Of a stretch of DNA of 49,168 bases, positions 25,654 to 35,535 are shown one piece after another. The translations under genes were made by a program, and so were the position numbers. Position 1 is the first letter of the stretch; the number at the start of each line of letters is the position of its first letter. Origin of the DNA: an uncultured Ruminococcus sp. (GTDB lineage: Bacteria > Bacillota > Clostridia > Oscillospirales > CAG-272); assembly GCA_902797125.1 (NCBI GenBank), contig CADBRS010000182.1, forward strand, positions 1 through 49,168. The letters are read 5' to 3'. Below the pieces are notes generated by a model. The model was given only the letters and a program-made list of their open reading frames with translations. It made no database searches and was not told where the DNA came from.

Positions 25654-28011
25654 TCACAATACTGATTTTGGTTGAACCGGTTTCCATATAGCCAATGGTT
25701 TCCGGCATGATTTTTCCAATGCGTCACACAACCGGTCCGGGGTATCCGTTTCCAGTTTGACGAAGCTGAAACGGTATTCCTGGAACCCGGACAAGTCCAA
25801 GGTAAAATTGGTTTCCCACGTGTTGTTCATGATCCAAGACCGAACCGCGCGCTCTGCATTCTCTGCTCTGGGTTCGCAACCTTTGCTCACATTGGCTTCA
25901 AACGGAGAGAAGGCCAGCAATGCGGTATCCGGAGCATACACACCGTACGCGACATCGGCATCAGGTGCTCTGTAAACCACACCGAAATCAGAAACCAGAT
26001 AATCCTGAGCGGTTTGCGGCAGCTGATCCAGTCCGGGGCGGAATGCCTCTTTGTTTCCTTTTCGGACCCACATCTGAAATCCGGGAAGATGCAGCGTCAA
26101 AGGCATATAGAGACTTTCGATATCTTCGGTTGGCGCCTTGCACAACTGCAGTGTCACATCGACGCGTGGGATCGGGTTCCAGATACGGATCAGCTCCCGG
26201 CAACGAATGACTCCTTCAAGCTGAAGGTCGAACGCTAAATCGGTAAATAATCTGCCTGATTCTAGAGGCGTTACCTGAAGGATCCGGCCTATAAACGCCT
26301 TGAAATTAGTTCCTCGGATGTTTTCACCCAGCATGCCCCGGTCAGCCATCGGGTCATGTCGAATTGGGGAGACCTCATATACCGGCGTCATGAACGCCGC
26401 GTCTGCATCGGACAGCAATTCCCTGTTCGCTTCTTTGTCGAACCAGGAGGTGAACCCCTTTCCTGTTTCCCAAGATAATTTTAACCAGCGGTTTTCAAAA
26501 CCATTCCCGGTGGTCACGGATTCTGCCAACGATTCGGCTCCGTGTTCACTATCTGTATAAACATAATGGTTTGTTTTTTGATTCTGATTGCGCGTATCCA
26601 AGAACCAGGTTGTCAACCCTCTGGATGTCCGGGTCGATTGTGAAGGCACCGGTTGGCCTTCTGCGTCAGTGATTATCATGCCGGAAACAGAAGGATCCGC
26701 TTCAAGTTCAAATCCGAGCGGAGCAGGCAGGGCTTTTCCCCTTGTTTGAAGGACGTCAATGGTTCCTGTGGAAACAAAGGTTTTTAACACACCGCCCTGT
26801 TCCAGAACAAATCTGTCATACAGATGGGCCATCACTTCGTGCGCCCGGGACGCGTAGGCCTGATTTCGAAAATCCAGATCTCTGACATCCTTTGAAAAAG
26901 GGTGAGAGGCAGTGGCCGAATGGCCATATGTATGCTCGGCAAACAAGAGCATATATTCCTCTGCTTCCCCAAGCCTTGCACCATTCTTGGCACAAAAATC
27001 GGGCGCCTCGTCCAAAAGCAGATGGTACAATCGTCTCGCATCCTGATAATGTGCAACCGCAACGGGGACGCAACCGATTCCGTTAGCCCACCAATCTGCC
27101 ATGTCGCCCCGGTAGACCGGTAAAGCCGAGACATCCACTCTTTGCAGGATCGTTTCGTAAAGCTCTTCGAGGGTGACCATTTTCAATTGGATGCCGTCCG
27201 GATATTTGGCCGCATAAGCCCGCATGTTATGGATGATTTCTGGATTGTGAGGTGCATTATCCGTAAACAGTCCGGAAACCGAAACAGGCAGGAAATCGTA
27301 CGGATAGCCTGCTTCACAGATTCTCGACAGGTAGGTTTCCAGATTGTCATGAAGATTATCAACCGGATCCTCTTTCCATTGATCACCGACAAATAACGCG
27401 AAAAACCCGTTTGTGCTCTTCTCGTGACGGAATCCGAGGGCGTTTCCGAGATTGTAATGTTCTCCGCTCCAGATCAGGATCCGTTTGCCTTCGGCATTCT
27501 CCCAAAAGAATGGAAAATGTCTTTTGTTGAAAGGGGGATTTGAGTGCGTCGCATTGACATTCATATACATCATCTCGACCTGATTGTCGATCAATGCGTC
27601 CCGCTGCCCCATTGAAAGACCGGTAATATCCGCACACATGGCCGTACGGAGATTCCGGATGTTTTTGGATTTTAAAAGTGATCTAAAAACCGCGATCTGC
27701 CTGGTCAACGCTGTTCCGTCAACCAGATCGTTGAAGTTCAGATAGTTCAAGGAAAGACCGATTTTATTCTGCCTGACAAGTGCAAAAAAGCGATCTGCTT
27801 CTTCATCGGTGGCTTCCCGTAAAAACCGCTCAACGATATAGAACGTTTCGCATACCCACCGGTAATCTCCGTTTTCACCGTTATCAAACGAACGGATAAC
27901 TGAACGGATGTTATCGATCTGCCGGTCGATGATTCGTTCCTGTAGGTCCGTATATCCGATATCCGTATGTGAATGCTGGACCAGCAGCACGGTCTTGATA
28001 TGATTTTCCAT
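25654..28011 (-). CDS. GH38-like (alpha-mannosidase superfamily) hydrolase, no signal peptide
   Basis: N-terminal metal/nucleophile-type motif VLLVQHSHTDIGYTD (compare the HxHxD of the GH38 N-domain). LFAEHTYGHSAT resembles the GH38 central FHD..TGT motif. About 785 aa. Start taken at MENHIK; the GTG at 28053 lies inside a hairpin. Confidence 0.45.
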   Translation of the reverse strand: MENHIKTVLLVQHSHTDIGYTDLQERIIDRQIDNIRSVIRSFDNGENGDYRWVCETFYIVERFLREATDEEADRFFALVRQNKIGLSLNYLNFNDLVDGTALTRQIAVFRSLLKSKNIRNLRTAMCADITGLSMGQRDALIDNQVEMMYMNVNATHSNPPFNKRHFPFFWENAEGKRILIWSGEHYNLGNALGFRHEKSTNGFFALFVGDQWKEDPVDNLHDNLETYLSRICEAGYPYDFLPVSVSGLFTDNAPHNPEIIHNMRAYAAKYPDGIQLKMVTLEELYETILQRVDVSALPVYRGDMADWWANGIGCVPVAVAHYQDARRLYHLLLDEAPDFCAKNGARLGEAEEYMLLFAEHTYGHSATASHPFSKDVRDLDFRNQAYASRAHEVMAHLYDRFVLEQGGVLKTFVSTGTIDVLQTRGKALPAPLGFELEADPSVSGMIITDAEGQPVPSQSTRTSRGLTTWFLDTRNQNQKTNHYVYTDSEHGAESLAESVTTGNGFENRWLKLSWETGKGFTSWFDKEANRELLSDADAAFMTPVYEVSPIRHDPMADRGMLGENIRGTNFKAFIGRILQVTPLESGRLFTDLAFDLQLEGVIRCRELIRIWNPIPRVDVTLQLCKAPTEDIESLYMPLTLHLPGFQMWVRKGNKEAFRPGLDQLPQTAQDYLVSDFGVVYRAPDADVAYGVYAPDTALLAFSPFEANVSKGCEPRAENAERAVRSWIMNNTWETNFTLDLSGFQEYRFSFVKLETDTPDRLCDALEKSCRKPLAIWKPVQPKSVL

Positions 28012-28041
28012 AGTTTGACATCCTGACATGATCAATGAGAT

Positions 28042-28065
28042 TGCAGGCTGCACGGGCAGCCTGCA
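28042..28065 (-). other. intercistronic perfect 10-bp GC-rich stem-loop
   Basis: TGCAGGCTGC-ACGG-GCAGCCTGCA, in the 63-nt gap between the 752-aa gene and the GH38-like gene. No U-tract follows on the minus strand. Confidence 0.6.
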
Positions 28066-28074
28066 TACTCTCTG

Positions 28075-30333
28075 TTAGTATTTGCTGGTTGCTTCAATCA
28101 GTTCCTGATTCAGGACACGATCCGCGTCAGCCATCAGTTTTTCGACGAACGAAGAAAGCACATAAAACTCGCCCTGCCCGTTGATGGTCATGAACGAACG
28201 GCGTTCGCTATACTGATAGAATCTGATGACCATGTCTTTCTTGTTGTTCTCAGTCCAATACTCGGGATTCCTCAAAGTTGCCTCATCCTCTGCATGAACG
28301 ATGATTTTGAGTTGGGCGCCTTCATCCCCGGCATCTCTGTAGGCCTGCTTCTGCTCTTCCGTCAAGTCTGCGACGCCTTCGATGGATGCTGTCAGGAGTG
28401 ACTGGTAGAAATCTCTGAAATTATCCACTCCGGAAACCATTTTATCCCGGCCCGTGGCCGTCTTGGTCGGAATAGAATAAGTCAATTCTTCTCCGTCTGC
28501 CCAAATCCGGACGTCACTTGAGCCGACCGTCTTAGACTGATCCGTTGCACTGTTGTCCAATTCGAAAAAGTGAGTCGTTTCAAAATTCGTGATCTCCAAA
28601 TCCTTGCAGAATGCAAGATTGATCTGGAAATACGATTTGTTCAGCCATACCACATCTTCCCATTCCAGGAAATCCAGGTAACTCTTTTCCACTTCGACGA
28701 TCATATCCGTGAAATCGGACAGAATATAATAGGTGCCCTGCTCTGTCATCGGACTGATCCAGAGGATATAATCCAAGGAAGCATCAAACGTGCCGTCGCT
28801 GTCAGAGTCCAAATGATACGTGAACGTAATGATGCGTTCTGCTCTATCCAGTCCGAACTCGGCCAGATCCTCTGCTGTTGTCAGCGTGTCGAGCCCCAGG
28901 TGGGCGCATCTGACGAATTTCATCGAGTAGAACTTCTGCATTGTTGCGGAACAGTTATCAGAATTGATCTCATACCCTTCGCAAGCAAAAATGTCTCTCA
29001 GTTTGCTCTTGTACTTTTTGGAAAAGTCGAACGAATGGATAGAACGCATCGTGTTTTGCCGACTTTCCAGACTGTAGAAAGTAAAAGCTATATCCAGATC
29101 CAGATCGTATTCGTATGAGCCTTCCTCATTTTGCACGTAATTACCGGATTCATCCGTATGATAATCCAAGGTGAAGATCGCAAAATCTTCGACATTGAAA
29201 TATGTGGTCAGCTGCATCGGATAGACGATCATGGGCGTCACCATCGCTTCAACGGGAGCCAGGAGCGTAGATGACATCGTGTTGCTTAGCACATAGATGG
29301 CGTCTCGGCCTTCCAACTTGACATAATAACCTCCGTCGGAAACAAGCGGATCCCCAATGTACACGGTGTATGCATATTTGCCGCTTCTGGAGAAAATGGT
29401 GTACCAGTTGTCGCTGACGGCCTTTTGGGAGCCGTTTCCATCGTCTTCCATCCTGAACCCATATTCTTCGTATCCGTTTTCCAACACCTGCGCCGTGTTC
29501 AATTTCTGCATGGAAAGCGTATAGCCGGTCGCCACGCACAGGTAAGCGATCAGCGTCTGATCGATCGTGACCATGGGCTGGTCTTCAAAACCTGCCAGTG
29601 TAAATCTGACCTCGCCTGCATTGCGGTAAACCGTATATGAACCATACGTGTTGTGGACTTCGATCCGGCCTATGATCGTGTCTTCGTTTCCGCTTGTAGT
29701 TCCCTGCGTCAATTGAGGGAAAATCAAAAGACGCTTGTTGACTCCGACGACCTCCGAGCCTTCGGTATCCACGACAGCATAGATCTCATAACTGCCTGTT
29801 GAAGCATCCAGTTGGATCAGCGTGCCGGCATCTGTCGTATAATAGCCGTCATCATTGACATACAGGACACTGCCGTCCTGATGCATCATGACGTAGACAC
29901 CGTCTTTCTTTCTGATCACATATTTTTGCTTTTGACCTGTCGGATCCGTTTCGGTATAGGTGAATGATTCCAGAACAAAATAGCGGATCAAAGGGATCGC
30001 AACGGATAAAAGGATGACCCCTGCAATGATCAGACACAGTGCCACGACCTGCTTTTTCAACATGGTCGCTTTTTTGCCCTTTTTGGATTTGCGGATCCAA
30101 TGTGCATACAGCCGGATATCTGAGTCGGAAGTAACGATATCTGTCGACGTGACTTTGGTCCCGCCTTTGCCCTCCGGCTCGGTGAACCAACCGTCGAAAA
30201 CAAACCCTTCGCGGACCGGTCTGGGAAGCATGCCGTAAGGTTTTCCTACGGTCGCCTCTTGCGACTGAACAGACAGTTCACCCTTTGATGATTCAAAAAT
30301 GACATTGATGATAGAGCCTTCGAATTCAGCCAT
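28075..30333 (-). CDS. Listeria-Bacteroides-repeat + TM + large ectodomain protein (occupies the DUF4340 slot of GldG-type clusters)
   Basis: Residues 8-79 (INVIFES..GKPYGMLPRPVREGFVFDGWFTEP...IRLYAHW) fit the Flg_new / Listeria-Bacteroides repeat. A basic stretch (RKSKKGKKATMLKK) is followed by a TM helix (VVALCLIIAGVILLSVAIPLI) and about 630 aa with no motif I recognise. AGGAGG RBS, and TAATG overlap with the upstream gene. The DUF4340 assignment rests on gene context only. Confidence 0.5.
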   Translation of the reverse strand: MAEFEGSIINVIFESSKGELSVQSQEATVGKPYGMLPRPVREGFVFDGWFTEPEGKGGTKVTSTDIVTSDSDIRLYAHWIRKSKKGKKATMLKKQVVALCLIIAGVILLSVAIPLIRYFVLESFTYTETDPTGQKQKYVIRKKDGVYVMMHQDGSVLYVNDDGYYTTDAGTLIQLDASTGSYEIYAVVDTEGSEVVGVNKRLLIFPQLTQGTTSGNEDTIIGRIEVHNTYGSYTVYRNAGEVRFTLAGFEDQPMVTIDQTLIAYLCVATGYTLSMQKLNTAQVLENGYEEYGFRMEDDGNGSQKAVSDNWYTIFSRSGKYAYTVYIGDPLVSDGGYYVKLEGRDAIYVLSNTMSSTLLAPVEAMVTPMIVYPMQLTTYFNVEDFAIFTLDYHTDESGNYVQNEEGSYEYDLDLDIAFTFYSLESRQNTMRSIHSFDFSKKYKSKLRDIFACEGYEINSDNCSATMQKFYSMKFVRCAHLGLDTLTTAEDLAEFGLDRAERIITFTYHLDSDSDGTFDASLDYILWISPMTEQGTYYILSDFTDMIVEVEKSYLDFLEWEDVVWLNKSYFQINLAFCKDLEITNFETTHFFELDNSATDQSKTVGSSDVRIWADGEELTYSIPTKTATGRDKMVSGVDNFRDFYQSLLTASIEGVADLTEEQKQAYRDAGDEGAQLKIIVHAEDEATLRNPEYWTENNKKDMVIRFYQYSERRSFMTINGQGEFYVLSSFVEKLMADADRVLNQELIEATSKY

Positions 30334-32084
30334 TAAGCGAACCTCCTGCGAACCACGACAAAGACACCGGCGGCAAGACAGAGCACCGCGGGGATCAAAG
30401 CCATCACGACTGTGACCGTGCGGGCTTGCGATTCCTGAATGTAATCTTCTTTGATCGTTGTAGAATTAAATGGTTTCCAAGGGATATTGACCGCGACAAC
30501 TTCCTTGCCCATACTGCGAAGCGCGCCCAAGAGCACATCTGCATTTCCGTAGACTTCGCTCTGCAGCAGCGTGTCCGATGCGAAATCGGTTGATGCGCAT
30601 GCCAGCACGAATGCCGTATGGCTGACCGACGTATAACTGGACTCCTGCTCAGTATGAGATTCGGTAGTTAAAGTCATCAGCGGATAGTTGCCGCCTTCTC
30701 CGACCAAACTCTTGTTGCCGATCGAATCATCATCACCCAAACCGTTGTCGATATAGGCAGTAGCATCTGCTCCTGCCAGAAAAACGTTGCTGATCGTTCT
30801 GGACACACCGTTGCTGTACCGGTATGCATACTGGAACGTCTCCGTCAGAGACTCATCCTCTTCCGGTGTCACATACATCGTGATGTAGGTCCGATCGTAT
30901 GAGATCGATCCAGTATTCTTGAAAACGACCTTGGCCGGTACGCCGGTCGAACGCATATCGTTGGTCACACCGGAACCGCTTCCGACTGTTGAATATTCGC
31001 CCACGAACGTAAAGCCGTCCGCAGTCAATGTCTGGATCTGGTTCCGGATCTGATGGGCAAAAGTTCGGCCTGCTCCATCCGTTGTCCGGTCGATCACGAT
31101 GCCCCATTCGGTCAAATATTCTTCGAGATGGGTCAAAACGGGCATTTCGGGATTGAAAAAGATGCAATATGCGTATGTCTTATCCAAAAAACGGTCCAGT
31201 TTTTCAATTTCGGATACCGAGCCTTCTCCGTCAAATCTGGATTTGAAGTCCTGCGTAGGTCCATAAGTCACCATTAACCGGCAGTTATCCGGAACCTCAT
31301 CTGTTTCCAGGTTCAAATACATGACTTTGTATCCGGCATTTTCAAGCAGAGACCACATGGATGCCGGAAGCGGTATCTCCCCGTGATTGTTCGTGACGGC
31401 GCAAATCGGGGCCTCGGCTTTGGTCACGGCGATGATAGACGATGTGAAATACTTTTCGCCGTTGTAGGCCCACGGAGTCGTGGAAGTGTCGTCATTGAAC
31501 ACGAAGAATGCCCGGATCGAAAGGATCCTGAACTCCGTCCCGCTGGCAATGATGACCTGAGACGAATAGATATTGGATGCCGAGTTGGCTTTATACTTTT
31601 GGACGGCACTGGCATTGTTATAAATATCAATGCATTGGACTTTGATATTCTGCGGAAACGCTTTCTGCAAATTCAGAGCCGTGTAATAGATCATACGCTG
31701 ACTCGAATTGCCGAGCAGCACGTCAGGATCATCGCAGAATATGATATCCACTTTGACGTCTTCGCCTGCATACTCATCCTTCAGACCTGCAAAGGTCGAG
31801 GAAAGCATGTCTTTGCAACTGTCTGTGAGTGAATACAGCCCCAGGTATTCTGGGTTCTTTGCCTGATACACTTCTCCGGTCAGATCTATATACCAAAGGA
31901 ACTGATTGCTTATCGCTGTCATCAAGACATTGAGCAGCACCACGGCAACAATCACCGCTATCGTGATCACAACGGCCACCGTGCCGTGTCTGAATCTGCG
32001 GTTGAACTCGGCCTTGCGGAATTGTTCAGATTCTTCTGGAGTCATTTCTGTTTTTTTGGTTTCTTGTTCGTTCGAAACACTCAT
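30333..32084 (-). CDS. GldG-like ABC-transporter auxiliary protein, paralog 2
   Basis: N-terminal TM (VAVVITIAVIVAVVLLNVL), a ~500-aa extracytoplasmic body, and a C-terminal TM (VVMALIPAVLCLAAGVFVVVRRR). It shares FLWYIDLT and NxLMT motifs with the upstream paralog. Start at MSVSNE, in an ATGA overlap. Confidence 0.55.
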   Translation of the reverse strand: MSVSNEQETKKTEMTPEESEQFRKAEFNRRFRHGTVAVVITIAVIVAVVLLNVLMTAISNQFLWYIDLTGEVYQAKNPEYLGLYSLTDSCKDMLSSTFAGLKDEYAGEDVKVDIIFCDDPDVLLGNSSQRMIYYTALNLQKAFPQNIKVQCIDIYNNASAVQKYKANSASNIYSSQVIIASGTEFRILSIRAFFVFNDDTSTTPWAYNGEKYFTSSIIAVTKAEAPICAVTNNHGEIPLPASMWSLLENAGYKVMYLNLETDEVPDNCRLMVTYGPTQDFKSRFDGEGSVSEIEKLDRFLDKTYAYCIFFNPEMPVLTHLEEYLTEWGIVIDRTTDGAGRTFAHQIRNQIQTLTADGFTFVGEYSTVGSGSGVTNDMRSTGVPAKVVFKNTGSISYDRTYITMYVTPEEDESLTETFQYAYRYSNGVSRTISNVFLAGADATAYIDNGLGDDDSIGNKSLVGEGGNYPLMTLTTESHTEQESSYTSVSHTAFVLACASTDFASDTLLQSEVYGNADVLLGALRSMGKEVVAVNIPWKPFNSTTIKEDYIQESQARTVTVVMALIPAVLCLAAGVFVVVRRRFA

Positions 32085-33583
32085 ACATTTTTCCTCCTGA
32101 CCAGAATAATCACTCCGCAAGCGACCACGATCAGCGCAGGAACGGCGGTCAAGATGACCGTCCAACGAGCCATGGCAGCTGTCGTGATACTGTGAATTGT
32201 GGAATCTGAGAACGGCTTGTAATCGATGTCGATCATCACGTCCTGTTTGCCCATGCCGATACAGATCCGCTGGATGACTTCGCGGTTGCCGAAAACGACC
32301 GACATCATGTAGTCTTCGGAAGCAGAAGCGGAAGACGTGCTGACCAGAAGTTTGGCTCCGGTGGCATCATTGGATGAAATCGTCATCAGGTTGAATGCCT
32401 CTCCGCTTCTGACCAAAGCACCGGCAGACCAGGCTTCTGCATTGGCGTTCGAGACGAAAACAGGGTCGGCTTTGACGGCCGGGTTCTTGTCTGTGATTTG
32501 CATAGCCGTGGCATTTTTGAAAATCACACTTTGCTGGTAAGCGGCTGTAGTCATCTGAGCAAGCCATTCCGAGCCCAGACCGGTCGCTGCGATCTTGCCC
32601 ACGATCGTTGAGCCGTCCGATGTAAGAGACGCAGACGGATCCTTGATCATGTAAGGATAACTGGTCCCTTCGGAATTGGTATGGCGAAGCATCTCGACGT
32701 TCCAGTCAGAGAGAAACGCCTCCAGATTGGGAAGATTCTGCATGGAATCCGAAAGAAAGACCATCATCTTTCCTCCCTCAGCCATGTAGGCATCCAGTTT
32801 GACTCTTTCATCCATCTGGGATACACCGTCTGCGATCGTCAGGTCTGCAGTCGGATTAAAGAGCAGAAGCAAGTCGCATTTGTCGGGAATTGCTTCCTGT
32901 AAAAGATTCAGATAGGACAAAGTATAGCCTGCGTCGACAAGGGTCATCAGCAGTTGCGTATCATAATATGTTTCGCCGTGATTGGTCGTCAGGTAGCATG
33001 TCGCCTTGTCCTGACTCAGCAACCCGACGATGGCAGAGGCGAATTTTGAATCGCCGTTATAGCCGACAGGATTCTCGCTGTCCGCGGCCAGAAAATGGAA
33101 GAACTCATTGAGGCGTAACACTCTGAAACCGTGTTCTCCGCAATCGATGACCACCATCGTCGACTGCAAACGGCCAAACTGTTCTTTGTAGATTTTCACG
33201 CTTTCCGGATAAGTCCAGATATCGATCCAGGAAACGGAGATATACTCGGGAAGCAGTCCCTCCAAAGACTTTGCCGTATTGTAGACATACCGCTGGGTCA
33301 CTTCGCTGTTCAGATTGTCTGGCGAATCCAGGAAAATTATGCGGATAGGCTTGACCTGATCGGAAGGAGCCGTCAACTTCGGGATCGTTTCTTTCAGTTG
33401 ATCGGCGCAGTCGTCAGACAGGGAGTAGATTGCGTTCTCGGTCATGTCAATATACCAGAGGAATTTGTTGGCAAATCCCTGGAACAGTACGTTGAACAGA
33501 ATGACCAGCGCGATCAGAACGATCGTCAGTACGATGGACAATCCCCCGAATCCGGCCTTTTTTCGCTGCATGATATTGATCAT
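32081..33583 (-). CDS. GldG-like ABC-transporter auxiliary protein, paralog 1
   Basis: N-terminal TM (LSIVLTIVLIALVILFNVLF) and C-terminal TM (WTVILTAVPALIVVACGVIILVRRK), i.e. bitopic anchors at both ends. Located downstream of the ABC-2 permease. Confidence 0.55.
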   Translation of the reverse strand: MINIMQRKKAGFGGLSIVLTIVLIALVILFNVLFQGFANKFLWYIDMTENAIYSLSDDCADQLKETIPKLTAPSDQVKPIRIIFLDSPDNLNSEVTQRYVYNTAKSLEGLLPEYISVSWIDIWTYPESVKIYKEQFGRLQSTMVVIDCGEHGFRVLRLNEFFHFLAADSENPVGYNGDSKFASAIVGLLSQDKATCYLTTNHGETYYDTQLLMTLVDAGYTLSYLNLLQEAIPDKCDLLLLFNPTADLTIADGVSQMDERVKLDAYMAEGGKMMVFLSDSMQNLPNLEAFLSDWNVEMLRHTNSEGTSYPYMIKDPSASLTSDGSTIVGKIAATGLGSEWLAQMTTAAYQQSVIFKNATAMQITDKNPAVKADPVFVSNANAEAWSAGALVRSGEAFNLMTISSNDATGAKLLVSTSSASASEDYMMSVVFGNREVIQRICIGMGKQDVMIDIDYKPFSDSTIHSITTAAMARWTVILTAVPALIVVACGVIILVRRKNV

Positions 33584-33604
33584 AATTCGGTCATATCCTC
33601 CGTA

Positions 33605-34381
33605 TCAGCCCCAGCGACGCTTGTCGTACACCCGGACGGTCAGGAACAGAAACACAAAGGCCAGTGAAATATAGTAGATCATCGCGCTGAAATCGAACAC
33701 GCCGTAGCTGAACGTTGAGAATCTGCTGAGTACAGAGATCCAGTCAATAATAGCGCGGATCACATAGGAAGAGATGATTTGCTGACCATCCGAATCTTTC
33801 AGAGAGTTGAGCAGATTCAGAAAAACCATCGCGGCAATGACGCCGATCGTAATCACGGCAGCAGACAGCTGATTCTCGGTCAGTGCTGAAATGAAAGTAC
33901 CGATAGCCAGGAAAGCTGCGCCGAGGAGAAGCAGTGCGAAGAAAGAACCGAAAATCTGCCCGGTCACAGGTCCGATCTGAGTCGAAGAATAGGATGTCCC
34001 CGCACGCTCGATGTTTCCGTAGACATAGATCGGGATAAAATTGATGCAGGAAAACAACATGGATCCCACAAACAATGTCAGGGCAGCCAGATATTTTCCC
34101 AAAACCATACCCGTTATCGTTACCGGAGCCGTCAAAAGCAATTGCTCCGTTTTCAATTTGCGCTCTTCGGCAAACAGACGCATGGTCAGAAGAGGGATCA
34201 GAATGATGAAAGCAAAAATCATGTATCTGAAATAACTGCTCGTGTTGTAGGATGCGGCCACGATAGTGGTGTAACAACACAGCACGGCAGAAAAGACGAG
34301 AAAAACACCCAGATAAACATACCCTATCGGGTTAATGAAGAATGATCTAAGCTCTTTTTTGTATATTGCGAACATATTCAA
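33605..34381 (-). CDS. ABC-2 type permease (GldF-like)
   Basis: 258-aa multi-TM protein with N-terminal FAIYKKELRSFFINPIGYV, typical of ABC-2 family permeases. ATGA overlap with the ATPase gene. Confidence 0.75.
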   Translation of the reverse strand: MNMFAIYKKELRSFFINPIGYVYLGVFLVFSAVLCCYTTIVAASYNTSSYFRYMIFAFIILIPLLTMRLFAEERKLKTEQLLLTAPVTITGMVLGKYLAALTLFVGSMLFSCINFIPIYVYGNIERAGTSYSSTQIGPVTGQIFGSFFALLLLGAAFLAIGTFISALTENQLSAAVITIGVIAAMVFLNLLNSLKDSDGQQIISSYVIRAIIDWISVLSRFSTFSYGVFDFSAMIYYISLAFVFLFLTVRVYDKRRWG

Positions 34382-35535
34382 TCCTCCTTTCCTTCGGCTC
34401 CGGGCTGTCCGGTTCCGTCATCATGATAGTCTTCCTGATCCTCATCCAAGTTGGAGAGACCGATCGAAGACTGACTCTCCCGGCGTTTCTTCGCTTCGTC
34501 CACCATCTCGTTGGCCATGGCAGCTTCAAGCGTCGTCCTGCCCCGTCCGCGTTCACCGCGGCGCACGGCCTTTCTTTCGCGCTCCCGTTCGACGGTTCCC
34601 TTGCTGGATTGGTCAACAACGGTGATGAAGATATCTTCAAGACTGACGCCCAGCGCTTCCAGACCGATGATCGGCCAGTTCTTGGCAGACATTTCATAGA
34701 ACAGCTTTTTCCGAACGTCCGTCCCTGCTTCACTTTCGATCATGTAAGTATATGCGTCTCCGTCCCGCTCAGCCAAAACATCTGCATAAGCGATGCCGGA
34801 CATGTTTTTCAGGGCGGACAGCACCTCTTTCTGAGGTCCGGAAATCTTGACGTTGAAGCGCCGGTTGTTCTCTACGATCCGGGCAATATTTTCGGTTTTC
34901 TCATCAGCCACGATCTTGCCTTTGTTGATGATGATGATCCTGTCACAGACGGCCTGCACTTCCTGAAGAATGTGAGTGCTCAGGATGACGGTATGCTCCT
35001 TGCCCAGCGTTCTGATCAGATTCCTGATCTCGATGATCTGCTTGGGATCCAGACCGACAGTGGGTTCGTCAAAGATAATGACCTGAGGGTTTCCGACCAG
35101 AGCCCCAGCGATACCGACACGCTGTCTGTATCCTTTGGACAAGTTGCGAATCACACGGTTGAGCACATCCTGAACTTTGACGACTTCGCAAATCTCTTGT
35201 ATGTGTGCCGCCCTGTCCAGAGTGCACCCCTTGATGTTGTAGTTAAAATTCAGGAACTCTTTTACAGTCATATCCAGATAAAGCGGCGGCTGCTCGGGAA
35301 GATAGCCGATCAGCTTTTTGGCTTCCAGCGGATGGCTCAAAATGTCGATGCCTGCTATGGAAGCACGACCTGCCGTAGAGGAAATATACCCAGTCAAAAT
35401 ATTCATCGTGGTAGATTTTCCGGCGCCGTTAGGCCCCAAGAACCCGACGATCTCACCTTTTTCAACTTCGAAACTGATATCGTCGACAGCACAATTAGAG
35501 CCGTAGTTTTTAACGAGATGCTCGATCTTGATCAT
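34378..35535 (-). CDS. ABC-2 type ATP-binding protein (GldA-like) with a charged C-terminal tail
   Basis: Start taken at MIKIEHL (AAAGGA RBS). Walker A GPNGAGKST, Q-loop LPEQPPLY, signature LSKGYRQR, Walker B IIFDEPTVGLD, H-loop LSTHIL. The last ~80 aa are Arg/Glu/Asp-rich (ERERERKAVRRGERGRGR...DEDQEDYHDD). Confidence 0.85.
   Translation of the reverse strand: MIKIEHLVKNYGSNCAVDDISFEVEKGEIVGFLGPNGAGKSTTMNILTGYISSTAGRASIAGIDILSHPLEAKKLIGYLPEQPPLYLDMTVKEFLNFNYNIKGCTLDRAAHIQEICEVVKVQDVLNRVIRNLSKGYRQRVGIAGALVGNPQVIIFDEPTVGLDPKQIIEIRNLIRTLGKEHTVILSTHILQEVQAVCDRIIIINKGKIVADEKTENIARIVENNRRFNVKISGPQKEVLSALKNMSGIAYADVLAERDGDAYTYMIESEAGTDVRKKLFYEMSAKNWPIIGLEALGVSLEDIFITVVDQSSKGTVERERERKAVRRGERGRGRTTLEAAMANEMVDEAKKRRESQSSIGLSNLDEDQEDYHDDGTGQPGAEGKED

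Noticed and set aside
28012-28053. Longest-ORF start (GTG at 28053) for the GH38-like gene, and similar N-terminal extensions in the ORF track at 25708, 32165, 35619, 8962, 36892 and 40278.
   Set aside because: The extended starts lack an RBS, overlap upstream genes or lie inside hairpins. They also add non-homologous residues ahead of canonical N-termini. Internal ATGs with good RBSs were preferred.
28421-28429. DnaA-box-like TTATCCACT.
   Set aside because: It is a single 8/9 match inside a coding region, with no cluster of boxes or AT-rich unwinding element. It is not an origin.
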